Assembly: GCA_031414595.1 (NCBI GenBank)
Contig: JANNVX010000099.1
Location: 1 to 17,119 of the forward strand
DNA: 17,119 bases
DNA from: Deinococcales bacterium
GTDB taxonomy: Bacteria > Deinococcota > Deinococci > Deinococcales > JAAFIG01
Direction: 5' to 3'
Made by a program: the position numbers and the translations under genes. The notes under the pieces were generated by a model that saw nothing but the letters and a program-made list of their open reading frames with translations, was not told where the DNA came from and searched no databases. Positions 15,164 through 17,119 of the stretch are shown piece after piece. Position 1 is the first letter of the stretch; each line of letters begins with the position of its first letter.

Positions 15164-17119
15164 TTTCTCCCCTGTCCCGGTTTACTAATACCTGGTTTGA
15201 GCTTAGGGTCAAACACTTGACCAGTTTTAACATTGGTAAAGAAATGAAACGATACTGGATTTCCATTTGCATCAAATCCATCCATATATACTTTACGCCA
15301 ATCACTAACACTGCCTGCTCCGGGAGTTGACGAAATTAGCTCTAGTACACCCAAATTATCGATTGCGACTTGACGAGCCGTTCCCGCCGCACCATCGGCT
15401 CGAGTCCAACCAATTGTATTCAATCCTTCTAATGCACTTTTTCGACCACTAAAAATCGTATTGATAGCACAATTATGAACTAACCACTGCCCATCGCCCA
15501 CAAAATAAGTCCCAGCCCCTTGCACACTGATATTCCAAACCACTTCGACTCGAGCCATGCGTTTCACCTCGAGAACACGACCCTCACCACTCGAGCGGCG
15601 TAACACATCACCTTTCACAAGGTCTTTTGTTCCAACCCAATGGGATGACAGGTCTTCGTGTCCTTCGGCTTTTGGTCTTGGAATCTTATTTCCAAATTTC
15701 TGCACAAAGAACGGGTGTTCAGCCGTGGTTTCTATCATCTCGAGTTGCTTGGTATTCGTCTCGAGTTTTAGTTCATAAATTGGTTTTTCATGACTGCGAA
15801 CATCAGTGATTTCATAAGTCCCTTTGGTATCTGTGCTTTCGTTATAGGCAAGGACTTTATCGCCAATTTGTAAACTCGAGATTGCCACGGCTGCAAGGAT
15901 GGCTTTCCCGACTTTCTTAAGGGTTTGGGTCAGGGTCTTCATGGGTTTTAGTGTACTCGAGTCTTGGCTTTGACGCATCACCCAGACTTTGGTGTTCTTG
16001 GTGAAACTATTGACACAACTTATTAACCGTTTTGTTCCGCCTCGTATCCAATCCATAAAGGCATCTAATCCTCTTGCTCCTGCTTTCACGCCTTTAGAAC
16101 CAATTCCTCCCGTAAACAAACCAAATAAACCAAGGGCAACTGAGCCACCTCGAGCCAACCAGTCGAGTTGTTCACCTGTCATGGTCTGACCAAACAAACC
16201 TTCAATAATACCTTTGCCATCACCAACAAAAGGAACAAAATCAAGAATCATACTGGCAGCTTGTCCAGCCACATTACTTGTGTTGCTATTACTGGGCGTT
16301 CCGTTGAATAAAGGACGATTAAAAATAGCGGCGGCATCACTTGGAGATTTACCAATACTTTGATCAAGTCGTTTCCACCAATCAGCAAAAGCATTAAATT
16401 CTTTGAGATTCATTTTACCAGCACTCAGCAAAGCCGATACGCCACGCCATAAAGCAATTTTAGCTTCTGGATTAGCTCTTTTGTACATTCCAGATTCAAT
16501 AATATTGGTGATTGAATCCTTTTCTAAACAAGTTCCAGGGCAATTTAATTCAAGGCGTTTCAACAGTGTTTTCGCATGTAAAAACGAAAGATTGGCTATT
16601 TCTTGAACGGTTTTACCACCACTGTTATTGATTTGGGTTTCTAACCAATCAGCTTTATCTTGTAAATCCTTAGCATCTGGTTCACACGTGTCTTTTTTGG
16701 TCATTTCAAACTCGTAACTGGTATCGGCTTGCCAAGTGCAATTGAAATTGACTAAAACAAAGGCTTGTGGTTTAACAGTCACACCAACAGGCTTGACACT
16801 CGAGACAGGCGGCGTAACACTACTAACACTCGAAGCCGCACTACTCGAAGATGGACTACTAACACTCGAGACTGCACTTGGACTCGAGACACTGGCGTTT
16901 GGACTGGTCACACTACTGGCTGTCACACTTGGGGCATTAGGAACACTATTTGGACTCGAGACACTAGAAGCTGTTACGGCTACCCCACTTGGAGCGGCTT
17001 GACTTGGGGCTTGGAGTGGGGTCACGATGCTTCCTGTTGTACCAATGGCTGGACTCGAGACTGGGTTAGATGCTGTGCTGGTTGGACTCGAGACTCCTGT
17101 ACTTGGGGTGGTGACGGGG
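15160..17119 (-). CDS. Polymorphic toxin (5'-partial): S/T/P-rich stalk, unknown domain, PT-TG, Hint, C-terminal toxin
   Basis: The frame is open to the window end (PVTTPSTGVSSP...). PT-TG-like LDFVPFVGDGKGIIEGLFGQTMTGEQLDW; Hint from NSFTKNTKV through TTAEHPF to YFVGDGQWLVHN|C; 103-aa tip at 15160-15471. Confidence 0.88.
   Translation of the reverse strand, partial: PVTTPSTGVSSPTSTASNPVSSPAIGTTGSIVTPLQAPSQAAPSGVAVTASSVSSPNSVPNAPSVTASSVTSPNASVSSPSAVSSVSSPSSSSAASSVSSVTPPVSSVKPVGVTVKPQAFVLVNFNCTWQADTSYEFEMTKKDTCEPDAKDLQDKADWLETQINNSGGKTVQEIANLSFLHAKTLLKRLELNCPGTCLEKDSITNIIESGMYKRANPEAKIALWRGVSALLSAGKMNLKEFNAFADWWKRLDQSIGKSPSDAAAIFNRPLFNGTPSNSNTSNVAGQAASMILDFVPFVGDGKGIIEGLFGQTMTGEQLDWLARGGSVALGLFGLFTGGIGSKGVKAGARGLDAFMDWIRGGTKRLISCVNSFTKNTKVWVMRQSQDSSTLKPMKTLTQTLKKVGKAILAAVAISSLQIGDKVLAYNESTDTKGTYEITDVRSHEKPIYELKLETNTKQLEMIETTAEHPFFVQKFGNKIPRPKAEGHEDLSSHWVGTKDLVKGDVLRRSSGEGRVLEVKRMARVEVVWNISVQGAGTYFVGDGQWLVHNCAINTIFSGRKSALEGLNTIGWTRADGAAGTARQVAIDNLGVLELISSTPGAGSVSDWRKVYMDGFDANGNPVSFHFFTNVKTGQVFDPKLKPGISKPGQGRK
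15472..15969. repeat. Direct repeat B, copy 2
   Basis: Matches 13149-13646. Confidence 0.92.
16787..17092. repeat. Direct repeat A, copy 2
   Basis: Matches 11534-11824; built from (GG/AC)ACTCGAGAC units. Confidence 0.9.

Larger units (their letters stand above)
56..17092. repeat. Highly iterated palindrome CTCGAG, dispersed
   Basis: About 147 copies by manual count, in coding and non-coding DNA. Confidence 0.95.

Noticed and set aside
56-17092. CTCGAG excess as a cloning or concatemer artefact
   Set aside because: The sites sit inside intact, recognisable proteins without disrupting frames or motifs.

Overview
The window has two parts. Left (1-11230): the 5' stub of an IS630-like transposase, then a translationally coupled minus-strand L-rhamnose/L-lactate operon (DeoR regulator, rhaI, rhaD-type aldolase/dehydrogenase fusion, rhaB, lutABC), an aldehyde dehydrogenase and a divergent acyl-CoA dehydrogenase-family gene. 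Right (11261-17119): a polymorphic toxin locus. It has a large minus-strand toxin that is open past the window end (Ser/Thr/Pro-rich stalk, PT-TG, Hint, 103-aa C-terminal toxin) with a DUF3969-like immunity gene, and an Rpn/PD-(D/E)XK gene. It also has an orphan Hint module whose colicin D-like tRNase tip is hidden behind a single TGG->TGA change while its immunity gene is intact, an unannotated small membrane-peptide gene with a structured leader, and an orphan copy of the stalk. The strongest whole-window signal is the palindrome CTCGAG: about 147 copies by manual count versus about 4 expected, in every reading frame, and nearly absent from the variable toxin/immunity segments. This resembles cyanobacterial HIP1 but with a different motif. 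-10 boxes placed for leaderless transcripts suggest a Deinococcota-like host (inference). Family assignments come from motif recognition by eye, not database searches.
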